A stretch of 64,000 nucleotides of DNA from Candidatus Parcubacteria bacterium (GCA_963718875.1 OY970378.1:4396-68395); one strand, 5' to 3'; shown: positions 50,251 to 61,153, counted from the stretch's first letter. The notes: generated by a model from the letters alone, not told the origin. A program made the numbers and translations.

Positions 50251-51666
50251 ATGCAGAAAACCAACAAAAATACGACCAATACCAACTTAAACAGACTGCA
50301 CCCAAAGCCCAAGGGTTCATCTGAGACGCATAAGGGAATACAAGCTTACGCGGTTGAAAAAGGCCAGCGATTCTATAAAAAAGTCTGGATCGAAATTACA
50401 TCAAAAGAAATAATTGTTAGCAGCAAGAACGGGCTTGAGCAGCTCTTTAGAGCACCTCTTGAAAAACTCATAATTGGGAATGATTTCGCGACAATAAGTT
50501 CTCAATCCAGCCACATAAGAAGTACCGTGATAAAAAGCTCTACCGACCAAATACATTTACGGTTCGTTAACTCCTATTATGCAGCTTTTTTGCTAATAGG
50601 TTTGATTTTCCTATACTTTGCTATTCTTTCGATACTGCGTATTAACCCATTTGGGCTGACGGCTGTATTCCCTTTTACACTTGTCATAGTGCCCGCAATG
50701 TTCAGGTATATTAACAAGTTGAATAAAACTCGTAAGAACTTTGAAAGTTTTGCTGATGCGATTGAACAAGCTATGGCTTCTGCCAAGATACAATTTGCTG
50801 CAGAAGGTAATGAAATAGCTGCAATAGTTAGTGAAGGCGCTGAACGTCAAATTAATGCCGAGCGCAGGGCACACATAGGGCTAGCCTTTCCAATTGCTGG
50901 GATCATGTTTTTTTTCGGGCTAATTTCAATCTGGGCTACAGCAAGAGTCATCACAGCGCGGTTTTTAAGTGATTATATAAGCGTTATTTTTTCTCTGGTC
51001 ACAGCGGTTATAATTACATCTCTAGGTTTTTGGTCATACTTTAAAACTGTCAAAAGTGCCGCAAACCGGCATCAATCTGACTCGATGGAGGCAATAAAAG
51101 ATCGGCTGTTATCAGACGAGGAGCTAGCGAAGCTTAGACTAAGTGGATGGGAACTGATCCAAGCAGGTTGGAAACAAATACTATATTTTGTGATAATTCC
51201 ATTCTCAATCATGCTCCCCTCGATTTTTATATTTGAGCCTAAAATAGATATTGCCAAAAGCCGAGAAGTCAGTCATCAATTTGTAGCTGCACTTCAAAAT
51301 GAAGATTACATTAATGCACGCAAATATATGTGTAAAAATGTGAAAGAAGATGTGTCTGTCTTTTATCAAAACATCAAAACAATTGGTGAAGATAGTTTTG
51401 AATCCCTTCAAAACTTTAGATATGTGTCGATGAACCCTTTAAGTCCTCAGTTAGTGCAGTTCGTCTATAAAAATCCTAGATACCCTAAGCTTTCGTTTGA
51501 TACAGTCGTTGGTCTGGAAAACAAAACTACCTGTGTGAACTTTGCGGTTTTACCCCTGGGATTTGCGTCTGTTGATATTGGAAAAACCGATCATGATTAT
51601 CTTAGAGAGCCCGGGATTGATGAGCCGCGGAAGCCGCGTGCCGACTTGCCTCAACAAGGTAAATAA
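50251..51666 (+). CDS. large membrane protein, unknown function
   Basis: 471-aa ORF with several TM segments. Confidence 0.5.
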   Translation: MQKTNKNTTNTNLNRLHPKPKGSSETHKGIQAYAVEKGQRFYKKVWIEITSKEIIVSSKNGLEQLFRAPLEKLIIGNDFATISSQSSHIRSTVIKSSTDQIHLRFVNSYYAAFLLIGLIFLYFAILSILRINPFGLTAVFPFTLVIVPAMFRYINKLNKTRKNFESFADAIEQAMASAKIQFAAEGNEIAAIVSEGAERQINAERRAHIGLAFPIAGIMFFFGLISIWATARVITARFLSDYISVIFSLVTAVIITSLGFWSYFKTVKSAANRHQSDSMEAIKDRLLSDEELAKLRLSGWELIQAGWKQILYFVIIPFSIMLPSIFIFEPKIDIAKSREVSHQFVAALQNEDYINARKYMCKNVKEDVSVFYQNIKTIGEDSFESLQNFRYVSMNPLSPQLVQFVYKNPRYPKLSFDTVVGLENKTTCVNFAVLPLGFASVDIGKTDHDYLREPGIDEPRKPRADLPQQGK

Positions 51667-51881
51667 TTATCATTTTTCTGTCACGATTCAATTATGTGGG
51701 GTAAATTTACATAGCCTCAAAGAACCGGCTTGAACATTCGTACAAAGTTCTTAAAAACTTGATAAAATAGATTATGATCATGGAACTGCTACCGGCGTGG
51801 TGCGTGCCTTTTACTGGGTCGGCTGCATGCATCGGCTGAAATTAAAACGTATTTAGCAGTGTTAATGTAAGGAGTGGCGAG

Positions 51882-52340
51882 ATGAAAATAATAACACCTA
51901 ATCTATGGTTTGATGGCAATGCTGAGGAAGCAGTGGATTTTTACGTATCGGTGTTCCCGGACAGCAAGGTGATTTCAACAAGCAATTATCCAATGAGTGC
52001 CGAAGAAGGTTTGGCTGACTTCCAGTTAGAAATGGCTGGTAAAATTTTGACTGTTGAATTCGAGCTTAGCGGCAATCGTTTCATGGCAATTAACGCCGAC
52101 TCAACCTTCAGGTTCAGCGAAGCAGTATCCTTTTCAATCCCCTGCGATGGCCAAGAAGAGATTGATTACTACTGGGAAAAGCTTTCGAAGGTTTCAGAAT
52201 CCGAGCAATGCGGCTGGTGCAAAGACCAGTTTGGACTGAGTTGGCAGATTGTACCGAAAAACATAGAAGAGCTTATAAAAAAGCCTGGGGCATTCGCTAA
52301 GATGATGCAGATGAAAAAACTGGTTATAGCTGACTTTTAA
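51882..52340 (+). CDS. VOC-superfamily protein of the PhnB/YjdN (3-demethylubiquinone-9 3-methyltransferase-like, PF06983) type
   Basis: ITPNLWFDGNAEEAVDFY ... CGWCKDQFGLSWQIVP. Confidence 0.8.
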   Translation: MKIITPNLWFDGNAEEAVDFYVSVFPDSKVISTSNYPMSAEEGLADFQLEMAGKILTVEFELSGNRFMAINADSTFRFSEAVSFSIPCDGQEEIDYYWEKLSKVSESEQCGWCKDQFGLSWQIVPKNIEELIKKPGAFAKMMQMKKLVIADF

Positions 52341-52435
52341 AGTTGGCTTAAAAGGCAAAGAAGCAGGGCCGTGGCCGTAAAGTTCCCGCCCACTTCGTTT
52401 GGTTAAGACTACGGCTTTTGTGCTACATTTAACTT

Positions 52436-53107
52436 ATGAACCTCAAGATGAATTCTAATCTAGCTTCTAATCAATTTGCCGCCAACAAAAGACCGCGCAA
52501 CTTACAGGTGTTTGCCTGGGCTTTAGGCACCTTCGTCAGCGGATTGGCTTTAGTTGCTTGGGGGCGTGAATATAATTGGGCTTTACTTCCTATAAATGCT
52601 TATCAATTATTCCCTTTACTCGGCCTGTTGGCATTTAGCATTATGTGGTCGCACTATATTACCGGAACTATTCGTGAGCTGTTGAATATTAACAAGTCTG
52701 TGCTGTCCAAATACTTCCGGCTTACAAGCTATGTGGTATTGATTTTAATTTTATTACACCCAGGTCTTTTCATATACCAGCGCTTTCGAGACGGATACGG
52801 CTTGCCGCCTGGAAGCTATGAATCTTATGTTGCCCCGGGTCTTGGATGGGTTACCTTGTTGGGCACTGTTAGCTTACTAGTATTCATAGCTTTTGAATTT
52901 CATCGGTTGTACGGCAAGCGTTCCTGGTGGCAATACGTTGCAGATGCAAGCGACTTTGCTATGCTTGCCATCCTATATCATGGACTGCGGTTGGGCGGAC
53001 AGCTACAACAGGGCTGGTTCCGGTACGTTTGGTTGTTTTATGGTGTTAGCTTGGTGGCGGTATTAGTAAGAAAATACATGTTGAGGATAAAGAATGCCAA
53101 GCTATAA
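52436..53107 (+). CDS. polytopic membrane protein
   Basis: ORF with 5-6 TM segments. Confidence 0.45.
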   Translation: MNLKMNSNLASNQFAANKRPRNLQVFAWALGTFVSGLALVAWGREYNWALLPINAYQLFPLLGLLAFSIMWSHYITGTIRELLNINKSVLSKYFRLTSYVVLILILLHPGLFIYQRFRDGYGLPPGSYESYVAPGLGWVTLLGTVSLLVFIAFEFHRLYGKRSWWQYVADASDFAMLAILYHGLRLGGQLQQGWFRYVWLFYGVSLVAVLVRKYMLRIKNAKL

Positions 53108-53266
53108 TCCACTCGCCCGTGTGGGATTATAAGACCAGGCATCTCGCACAAAGACTAGACTGTATAGAATTTTTACTTCTTGGCCTTCATAAAGCCAGGG
53201 AAGCGCTTAGTTGCACATAATTACTAAAGATAACTAGTTAAATATGATGTAGAATGGCATCTTATT

Positions 53267-53818
53267 TTGGAGAAAAAGATGATTAAAGAGTCGGCACAAC
53301 TTAATAGCTTTGCCATCGATACGAGGGAAGATCTTGTTATTAATGCCATTGAAATATTTGACACTATCAAGCAGTCGCTTATGGTGCTGAATAAAGATTT
53401 GAGTGTGGTTATGGCAAATGCCGCGTTCTACAAAACATTTAATGTTACTCGCGAAGAGACTGAAGGAAATCGCATATATGATATTGGTAATGGCCAGTGG
53501 AATATAGACAAGTTAAAAATACTTTTAGAAAAAATTATTCCTCAAAGTAAAGCCGTAGATGATTACGAGGTGAGTCATAATTTTGACAGTATTGGCGAAA
53601 AGGTAATGCTGTTAAACGCTCGTGAAATTGTTCGTCAAGATAATAGGAAAGAAGTGATCTTGTTAGCGATTGAGGACATAACACACAGCAAACGGATTGA
53701 GAAAGAGGCAAAAGAGGCCGAGTCTCATATTAATTCAATTCTGGAAAATCTTGTGGGGTCGGCCGTGCGAAATACTGGCGGGACTGCGCCCCAACCCGCT
53801 TCAAAGAGAAAACTATGA
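53267..53818 (+). CDS. PAS-domain protein
   Basis: PAS-like fold pattern (LMVLNKDLSVVMANAAFYKTFNVTREE...). Confidence 0.5.
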   Translation: MEKKMIKESAQLNSFAIDTREDLVINAIEIFDTIKQSLMVLNKDLSVVMANAAFYKTFNVTREETEGNRIYDIGNGQWNIDKLKILLEKIIPQSKAVDDYEVSHNFDSIGEKVMLLNAREIVRQDNRKEVILLAIEDITHSKRIEKEAKEAESHINSILENLVGSAVRNTGGTAPQPASKRKL

Positions 53819-53971
53819 CGTACTACTTGGGGTGAAAATTGGACCTAAAAGAGCTTGAAGCAGCATTTGAAGGGGTTAAAATATCTAACTCATAACTCTT
53901 CAATGGATAGGTTGAGATTTGATTCTTGTAACTTGGCAAAGTTTGCAAATTAATCAATAATTGCGACTAAT

Positions 53972-54757
53972 TTGCAAAAACATCTGGGCTTAGGTAGTAT
54001 GGGCGACATGGCAAACTACACTCATGTTATTTTTTTCTCGTTGGTTGGTGGTCTTTTTTCACTAGTTGGTGGCATCTTGCTACTACAACAAAAGTCGATT
54101 GCAAATAAATTGGCGCAGTATGCGGCGCCGTTTGCAGCAGGGGCGCTACTATCGGCGGTATTTCTAGACTTACTTAAAGAAGGCATTGCCGAAGCTGATC
54201 CGAATCAAGTTTTACTTTCGGCTTTGGTGGGCATAATAATCTTTTTTTGGGCTGAGCGTTACTTACGATGGTTCCATCATCACCACCAGCACGAAGGAGA
54301 AGTAGACCCTGCAGTACCACTCATAATAGTCGGTGATGCCCTACATAATGCTATAGACGGGGTAGTTATTGCAGCAGCTTTTTTAGTGGACGTCCAGGCG
54401 GGTATTGTAACCACCTTGGCCGTGGCTGCCCACGAAATTCCTCAAGAAATTGGCGACTTTGGCTTGTTGCTCAGCAAGGGCTTGTCGCGCGGCAGAGTAT
54501 TGTTGGTTAATGTACTTAGTGCGCTAGCAACAACTGTTATGGCTGTGGCAACGTTTGCCCTAGGCAGCGCAGAAAAATTACCAACAGGAGTACTACTTGG
54601 AGTTAGTGCTGGATTTTTGCTTTACATAGCTACTAGCGACATAATCCCTGAGATCCATGCAAAAGCCCAACATAAGAAGCTCTTTGATGCCCAGCCTTTG
54701 CTCTTGGTCCTGGGAGCGATTACAGTTGGCATTGTTACCTCGCTTTTAGGAGTATGA
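53972..54757 (+). CDS. ZIP-family zinc/metal transporter (ZupT-like)
   Basis: HHHHQHEGE loop; HNAIDG and HEIPQEIGDF motifs. Confidence 0.8.
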   Translation: MQKHLGLGSMGDMANYTHVIFFSLVGGLFSLVGGILLLQQKSIANKLAQYAAPFAAGALLSAVFLDLLKEGIAEADPNQVLLSALVGIIIFFWAERYLRWFHHHHQHEGEVDPAVPLIIVGDALHNAIDGVVIAAAFLVDVQAGIVTTLAVAAHEIPQEIGDFGLLLSKGLSRGRVLLVNVLSALATTVMAVATFALGSAEKLPTGVLLGVSAGFLLYIATSDIIPEIHAKAQHKKLFDAQPLLLVLGAITVGIVTSLLGV

Positions 54758-54807
54758 CCAATATGAAACTGATAGTTCGTTAATCTTTTCATTTCACCTC
54801 TGGGTTA

Positions 54808-55848
54808 TCAAGATGGGGGTGTAATAAATCTCATAACAATAGCCGACATTTGGTCTGGTGGTATGCCACTCCCTGCTTCGCGAGGGCTCCCTCCGATGGT
54901 GTCCCCCCCTCCCCATCGATCTTCGCCGCTAAAGCCTTCTAACTCGTTAAGGTATTCGTAAAGCCCAACAATATCAAAAGGAACATAAGGCGAAAGTCGA
55001 CCAACACTATATCGGTATCTGCCGTCTGGAAGTTCGGTAACGCTGGTAAAGGCTTGGATACCATCAGATAACATACCGACTTTAGCGTGCTTGCCAGACT
55101 CACGTACCATGCTCCAAATACCATTCTGCTCAAGCAAGTCATATCTTGCATCTAACTCTATAGACGAACCACGACCAGTTATATGCTGTTCTATTCGTTC
55201 ACCCACCTCATCGATGACAGCTAGGTATTCGCCAGCGTCCATACGTGTAAGGCCGCCCGTATTACGAAAATTGTGATAAGGTTCGAAAACCCAAAAAAAT
55301 TCCGGTAAACTAGTGTAACTTTGGGGCCATGGATAAAATCCCCCCGTTACATCCATGATACCCTCCATCTCAACCAATCTATTCAAAGCCGGGTTGTCTA
55401 TTCGGGCAGCAAATTCGGGGTGTCGTAATAAAAAAACAGTTGTGCAGACGTCTTCGTCGCAATCATTTATGAAAACTTGAGCCTGAAATTCGCCATTAAC
55501 TTCCAGAAACGAATCAAGCCCCCGCCTAAGCTCAAACAAGGCTTGTTGACATGTAGCCAGAGTAGACGACCGATCGACTCGTTCATGATGATTGAGATTG
55601 ATAACTTTTCGGTCTAGATCCCGCTGGATCGGCCCTTCAACATAGCCGTCTATGGCAATGGAGTTGGGCTGAGCGTTGGCTTGAAAATCCTCCCACTGAA
55701 CAGTGCGTCCTGGTTCAATACTAAGCTCAACCCTGGATGATAAACTACTCTGGATTTCAATCGGATCTGCATAGGGTATACCGCCCTCTCGAGTTTTGGC
55801 ATGCTCATCTATGGATGGTGAGTCAGGTTGGTCATACATAATCCACAT
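54808..55848 (-). CDS. hypothetical protein
   Basis: 346-aa ORF; no family recognised. Confidence 0.45.
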   Translation of the reverse strand: MWIMYDQPDSPSIDEHAKTREGGIPYADPIEIQSSLSSRVELSIEPGRTVQWEDFQANAQPNSIAIDGYVEGPIQRDLDRKVINLNHHERVDRSSTLATCQQALFELRRGLDSFLEVNGEFQAQVFINDCDEDVCTTVFLLRHPEFAARIDNPALNRLVEMEGIMDVTGGFYPWPQSYTSLPEFFWVFEPYHNFRNTGGLTRMDAGEYLAVIDEVGERIEQHITGRGSSIELDARYDLLEQNGIWSMVRESGKHAKVGMLSDGIQAFTSVTELPDGRYRYSVGRLSPYVPFDIVGLYEYLNELEGFSGEDRWGGGDTIGGSPREAGSGIPPDQMSAIVMRFITPPS

Positions 55849-55905
55849 ATTAACACTAAAGCGAGCCGATTGTCTTGATAGAGTCTACTCCCTTCGCATG
55901 CTAAT

Positions 55906-56337
55906 ATGTACAGCATGGAAGTGTCCGCAAACATAGAAAAGAAGCTTGTAGTAGTTATCAATACTGATTTAGAAATTGGCTTAGTTGCAAACACGGCCGC
56001 CGTTTTGGCGCTCTCGCTAGGAGCTCGCCACCCTGAGTTGATAGGCAGTGACTTGCTTGATGGCAGCGGACAGCAACACCTTGGCATTACTACTGTAACA
56101 ATACCCATTTTGGCGGCAGATGGTTCCACCTTGACTGGGCTGGTCCAAAAACTTAAAAAAACTGATGTTGAGCTGGTTAGCTTTAGTAAGATTGCTCAAT
56201 CGATCCACAGTTATGATGAATATTCACAAAAGCTGCGGGAAACGCCAGGTGAAAAAATTGAGTATAGCGGCATTGCCCTTTTTGGCCCCAAGAAGGCAAT
56301 CAACTCACTTGTTGGTAGCTTGCCACGGTTGAAATGA
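55906..56337 (+). CDS. DUF2000-like small protein
   Basis: KKLVVVINTDLEIGLVANTAAVLALSLG pattern; tentative. Confidence 0.4.
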   Translation: MYSMEVSANIEKKLVVVINTDLEIGLVANTAAVLALSLGARHPELIGSDLLDGSGQQHLGITTVTIPILAADGSTLTGLVQKLKKTDVELVSFSKIAQSIHSYDEYSQKLRETPGEKIEYSGIALFGPKKAINSLVGSLPRLK

Positions 56338-56360
56338 AGTGAAGCCGCTATGATTTTAGC

Positions 56361-56999
56361 ATGACAACAAAACGATCACTCATAGCCATTGGACTAATCG
56401 CCGCCGTTTTGATAGCTGGTTTTACCCTAGCCAAAACCTCCTTGGGTAGGAATATTCGTCATGATGCCGAAGCGCTTACGGCGCATCTTAGCGGAACAAC
56501 TCGCACACCGTTCCCGAACCTAGAAAACCAGGCGTTAACGCCGTTGCAGGCAAACTTAGTTGAAACACTCAAAAAAGAGTATGTTAGTCATCCCGTAAGC
56601 TATGACGCCGTGGTTTTAAAATATTCGGAAGGGCATAAGGAAGCCTGGTGTGCCGACTTTATAAGCTGGGTTATGCGCGAATCGGGAAGCCCACTAGTAA
56701 ATCCTAATTCGTCTCACTGGCGAATTCCCGGGGTGCTGACCTTGCAACAGTATTACCAAGCCACTGGACGCTACCAAAAAGCTAGTGAATATACACCCAA
56801 GCTCGGTGATGTAGCCATATACGTAGGGAAAAACTTTTATGGCGGCAGTCGTGAGCATGCCAATATTGTTTTAAAGGTCGAGGGAGGTGTCATGACTACA
56901 ATTGGTGGCAACGAACGAGGCAATTTACGTATAAATCGGACCAAAATTATGGTCAATGAAAGCGGCTTGGTTGGTTTTGGAATAGCAGAAAAAGGTTAA
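56361..56999 (+). CDS. membrane-anchored CHAP/NlpC-P60-like amidase-peptidase
   Basis: EAWCADFISWV (catalytic Cys) and GDVAIY...HANIV (His). Confidence 0.55.
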   Translation: MTTKRSLIAIGLIAAVLIAGFTLAKTSLGRNIRHDAEALTAHLSGTTRTPFPNLENQALTPLQANLVETLKKEYVSHPVSYDAVVLKYSEGHKEAWCADFISWVMRESGSPLVNPNSSHWRIPGVLTLQQYYQATGRYQKASEYTPKLGDVAIYVGKNFYGGSREHANIVLKVEGGVMTTIGGNERGNLRINRTKIMVNESGLVGFGIAEKG

Positions 57000-57724
57000 T
57001 TAAAAAGCTGCTGTTCGAACTTAGAAACGGGATCGTACCAGCCTTGACCAATAACATAGGCCTGCAATTGTTTATCTAGACCAAAAAAGACTGTAATTCC
57101 AGTGATAATGAATAAAATCCCAATAGTGCGCATAAACCAGCCGTGGGGATTACTCAGCCAAGCGAGTTTGTTGGCCAAAGATTGTCCAGCCACGCTAATT
57201 AATAGCAATGTCAGCGCCAAGCCCAATGAGTAGGCAACTAAGTACAGTAGGCCAAGAGCAAAAGATTTTGGCAATATTGCTGCCACTATTAACGCGTAGG
57301 TTGGGCTACAACTACTAAAAACTGGCCCGAGTGAGGCTCCTATCAAAACGTCTCGCGAGTAACCCTTTTTTGAGTAGGATTTACCTAAAAGGGCATTGGC
57401 TTTTATGCCAAATTTAAACCTAGCCGCAAGACTCTCCCAAGCAGACGGAAAAACAAGACTACAACCAAGGAGTAACAAAATAATGGCCGACAGGCTGTTC
57501 CAGACTGCGGTAGACACCCCCAACAGCGATGTAGTGGCTTTAAGTAGAAGTGTAAATATGGTTATCGAGGCCGCCAGACTGCCGGCAATTATAATGGGTT
57601 TAAACCAATTGGCTTTATGGTCGCCCGCAATCGATCCGCCAACAATTATGGGTAGCAGGGGTAAAACGCATGGCGCCATGACTGTCAAAACGCCGGCTAG
57701 GAAAGAGACAATAAGTAATGTCAC
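56996..57724 (-). CDS. ccdA: cytochrome c-type biogenesis / thiol:disulfide interchange membrane protein CcdA/DsbD family
   Basis: MAPCVLPLLP motif with paired Cys; 6 TM. Confidence 0.75.
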   Translation of the reverse strand: MTLLIVSFLAGVLTVMAPCVLPLLPIIVGGSIAGDHKANWFKPIIIAGSLAASITIFTLLLKATTSLLGVSTAVWNSLSAIILLLLGCSLVFPSAWESLAARFKFGIKANALLGKSYSKKGYSRDVLIGASLGPVFSSCSPTYALIVAAILPKSFALGLLYLVAYSLGLALTLLLISVAGQSLANKLAWLSNPHGWFMRTIGILFIITGITVFFGLDKQLQAYVIGQGWYDPVSKFEQQLFN

Positions 57725-58104
57725 GGCAATAGCTGGGATGTTACGGAAGCTAGCGTCGGCTCATTATAGGCTACGTACTTACTCACAAAGTCACCGTTAT
57801 GATCGACCTTGACTAAGGTTGTTTGAATGGTAACTCCATATTTTTGGCGCAAGGCTTGGTTTGAATCGTAGTCGACTTTAAAGATGGTAACGTTGTCCGG
57901 TAGAGTCTTGGTTTTGATGTCTGCCTCTAGAGCCCGACACTGTGGGCACCAAGGGGCGTAAAAAAACAATATTTTGGTGCCTGGTGTGGAAGCAAGGCTT
58001 TGGGATGAGAAACTGACATACTTTCCTGGCTGACTTTTACCCGACCTCCGAAGGGCTTGGGCTTGTGGCGGAAGTACTGGATTTTGGACTTTCTGGTTGG
58101 GCAA
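57721..58104 (-). CDS. thioredoxin-like protein (WCPQC active site)
   Basis: FFYAPWCPQCRALE; 5' region overlaps the next ORF in another frame. Confidence 0.7.
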   Translation of the reverse strand: MPNQKVQNPVLPPQAQALRRSGKSQPGKYVSFSSQSLASTPGTKILFFYAPWCPQCRALEADIKTKTLPDNVTIFKVDYDSNQALRQKYGVTIQTTLVKVDHNGDFVSKYVAYNEPTLASVTSQLLP

Positions 58105-58312
58105 TCGGTGTCACTATCTGCGCCATTTTGGGGCGCGTGAGCATTGTGTAGGCAAAGGCCGTGCCAATTAGGGCTAAGATGGCGATTATAATAATAGGTT
58201 TTCGGTTCATAATGACCATTATACTGCCAATGAGGCTAAGGTGGCACAAGAACTTGAGTTGGCTGCGGATAAGACGGACTAATTTTAATACGGTATAGTT
58301 ATAACTATGCAA
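58037..58312 (-). CDS. membrane anchor + Ser/Pro/Thr linker ORF, possibly the frameshifted N-terminus of the thioredoxin gene
   Basis: MNRKPIIIIAILALIGTAFAY TM followed by an SPT-rich linker; 68-nt overlap with 57721..58104. Confidence 0.35.
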   Translation of the reverse strand: MHSYNYTVLKLVRLIRSQLKFLCHLSLIGSIMVIMNRKPIIIIAILALIGTAFAYTMLTRPKMAQIVTPIAQPESPKSSTSATSPSPSEVG

Positions 58313-59642
58313 ACCGATTTACGACCCCGGCACCAAAAACAATTGCGCGAGCTAGCGACCAGCCTGGCGGGTAATAGCCAGCGACTGTTGATAAAAAAGA
58401 AGACTATTTCAAACTTGTTTCGTTACGACGGTCGATCGGACTTAAATGGTCGAGAGGTGGACCTAAGTCAGTTCAACCAGCCATTATACCTTGACCCAGG
58501 GGCGCAGACGCTTGAAGTTCAAGGCCTAACTACTTATCAAAGTATTGTTGATTTTGTACTCCCCCACGGTTTTTTGCCTACAATTACGCCAGAACTTAAA
58601 CACATCACTGTTGGCGGAGCGACCGTTGGGATTGGAATTGAGACTAACAGTTTTCGTTATGGTTTTGTTCACAATAGCTTGTTGGAAGCGGACGTGTTGT
58701 TGCCGACAGGCGAAGTAGTTACTTGCACGCCTACAAATGATTACGCCGACTTGTTTTTTGGTTTAGCTAATTCATACGGGACTCTTGGGTACATTTTGCG
58801 AGCTAAAATTCAACTACGACCGGCACTACCGTTTGTGCGTCTACGCACAGAGAGGTTTAATTCTGTTTCCGCATATCTTGGTACCATGAAAACAGCGGCG
58901 TGCAGAGTCAAAAAACGACTATGTCGAAGGGCTCGCCTACAAGTCAGAAGAGCTGTACCTTACAACCGGTCGAGAAGTGAGTTCGGCCGACAAGTTGACC
59001 AGCATATATGGAAAGACGGTTTTTTATAAAGAGGTTAGCCGGCCAGGAGAGTTGTGGCTTAATACCAAGGATTATTTATTCCGCTATGATCCAGAGTGGT
59101 TTTGGAACATGCCAGAATCACCTGTGATTAACCTGTTTAGAAAATTGGCTCCCAAAAGCCTGCGTAACTCGGCTTTTTATGCCCGCTATAGCTCAATGAA
59201 ACTGCCTTTTGTGGCGAATGAAGATCCGGCTTATGAAAAACTGATCCAAGATTGGGAAGTACCGTGGAAACACTCTGAGGCGCTTTTAAGTTTTGTGTTG
59301 GGTTCGGTTGATTTGGCCGAGAAACCTTTGATGGTGGCCCCTCTTCAAGTGCCAGCTAGTGTTACTAACTATCCAATGAAACCAAACGAGCTTTATCTGA
59401 ACTTAGGCAGCTACAGTTTTGTAAAAAAACTAGATAATAAGCCGTTGTATTACCACACCATGGCAATTGATGAATTTTGTTTTTCACACCAGGGCATCAA
59501 AATGCTTTATTCAACTACATTCATGAAAGAAGCAGCTTTTAACGATATATATGGAGGCAAAGAGTACAAGGTTTTAAAACAAAAATATGACCCGCAAGGA
59601 TCGAGTCCGACTTTGTATGAAAAGGCGGTTAGAGCAAGCTAA
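58307..59642 (+). pseudogene. FAD-linked oxidase (FAD_binding_4 / DprE1-alditol oxidase-like) disrupted by a frameshift near 58880
   Basis: The N-terminal ORF (58307..59029) has the FAD-binding motif ITVGGATVGIGIETN but ends in an Arg-rich nonsense tail. The C-terminal part (KQRRAESKNDYVEGLAY...KQKYDPQG) continues in another frame that opens at 58887. An A4 run lies at the junction. Confidence 0.6.
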
Positions 59643-59705
59643 ACGCTAGAAGTCACAACTGCACCAAATGTCATATAAGCCCGTGAATCCGAAGCCTCCT
59701 ATTAC

Positions 59706-59771
59706 TGTCATTCCATATAGGAAGCCAAGCTCATCTATTGCCTAGCTTGGCGTTCCTGATAGGGAATCTAG
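59706..59771. repeat. family C palindromic repeat element
   Basis: tgtcattccatataggaagccaagctcatctattgcctagcttggcgttcctgatagggaatctag. Confidence 0.8.
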
Positions 59772-59971
59772 AACGAAAAACTTTTCTTTTCTGGATCCCC
59801 GATCAGAAGCGGTCGTTGTCATCTGAGCACCAGTACTTTAAAAGACCTTTCTATCGAGGATGACAAAAGTAGTTTATGGAAATGAGTGCGGCATTCGCGT
59901 TCATAACGTAAAACCTTAAATGTAGTCAAGAGGTTTGTCTTTTTCCGTTCAGCGGTGATAAAATCCTAAGC

Positions 59972-61153
59972 ATGGTTAGCAAAACAATTTTTGATAAAAT
60001 TTTATCTCGTGCTAAATCGGGGGCTATAGGGGTTGATTATTGGGGTAAAGAAAAGAAGATTTATGGTAAGGGCGCACCATATGCCACTCTAGTTATAAAA
60101 GACCCAAAAGCAGTTGGTGAGATTTTGCGCCGATCGGACCTTGGCTTTGGCGAGGCCTACATGGACGGCCGCGTAGAAGTTAAAAAAGAAGAATTGCTGG
60201 GCTTGCTAAGATTTACAAGTGAAAATAGCCAAATGGTTACAGCCACTTTTGGGAAGCTCAAAGGCTACCGCTATGAAGTGAATGCCAAAAAAAATCAGCA
60301 GCGCCAAATTCAAACTCACTACGATTTGGGAAATGATTTTTATAAGCTGTGGCTTGACGATACTATGACTTACACTTGTGCTTATTTTAAGTCTTCAAAG
60401 GACAACTTAGAACAAGCGCAGCGTCAAAAAATTGATCATGTATTACGCAAATTGCAGCTGCAAAAAGGCCATGAGTTTGTTGATATTGGTTGCGGTTGGG
60501 GGCATTTGGTGGTGAGGGCGGCTAAGCTGTATGGAGCCAAAGGTCTGGGGGTGACCATAAGTCACGAGCAGTACAAGTTTGCCACCGAGATGGCCAAGCG
60601 CGAAGGCGTGAGTGACCTAGCAACTTTTAAAGAAATGAATTACCAGGATCTTTTGCCTAACAAAAAGCAGTATGATCGCGTGGTAAGTGTAGGGATTTTG
60701 GAGCACGTTGGCCGCGGCAACCATCGTCAATACTTTGACGTGGTTAATGGCTTACTTAAGCCTCGGGGCGTATCGGTAATGCATTCAATAACTACCCAAA
60801 CCGAAGCTGCAACTCCGGCGTGGATTGATAAATACATTTTTCCCGGTGGGTACATTCCTAGCATCCGGGAGATTGTAGGATTACTGCCGGAATACGGCTT
60901 TCGGTATACCGATATTGAAAACTTACGGCCACACTACGCCCTTACTTTGCACGAATGGCTAAAGCGATTTGAAAAGCATCTGCCAGAGATTACCAAGATG
61001 TACGACGAACGTTTTGTGCGCATGTGGCGACTGTACTTGGCTGGCTCAATCAGCTCATTTAGCGATGGTGATAGCGACCTAACTCAGCTGGTATTTACCA
61101 AGGGCATCAATGAAGACATGCCTCTAACACGAGACTTTCTGTATTCAAAGTAG
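59972..61153 (+). CDS. cfa: cyclopropane-fatty-acyl-phospholipid synthase family SAM-dependent methyltransferase
   Basis: VDIGCGWGHL SAM motif and CFA-synthase-like flanking regions. Confidence 0.8.
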   Translation: MVSKTIFDKILSRAKSGAIGVDYWGKEKKIYGKGAPYATLVIKDPKAVGEILRRSDLGFGEAYMDGRVEVKKEELLGLLRFTSENSQMVTATFGKLKGYRYEVNAKKNQQRQIQTHYDLGNDFYKLWLDDTMTYTCAYFKSSKDNLEQAQRQKIDHVLRKLQLQKGHEFVDIGCGWGHLVVRAAKLYGAKGLGVTISHEQYKFATEMAKREGVSDLATFKEMNYQDLLPNKKQYDRVVSVGILEHVGRGNHRQYFDVVNGLLKPRGVSVMHSITTQTEAATPAWIDKYIFPGGYIPSIREIVGLLPEYGFRYTDIENLRPHYALTLHEWLKRFEKHLPEITKMYDERFVRMWRLYLAGSISSFSDGDSDLTQLVFTKGINEDMPLTRDFLYSK

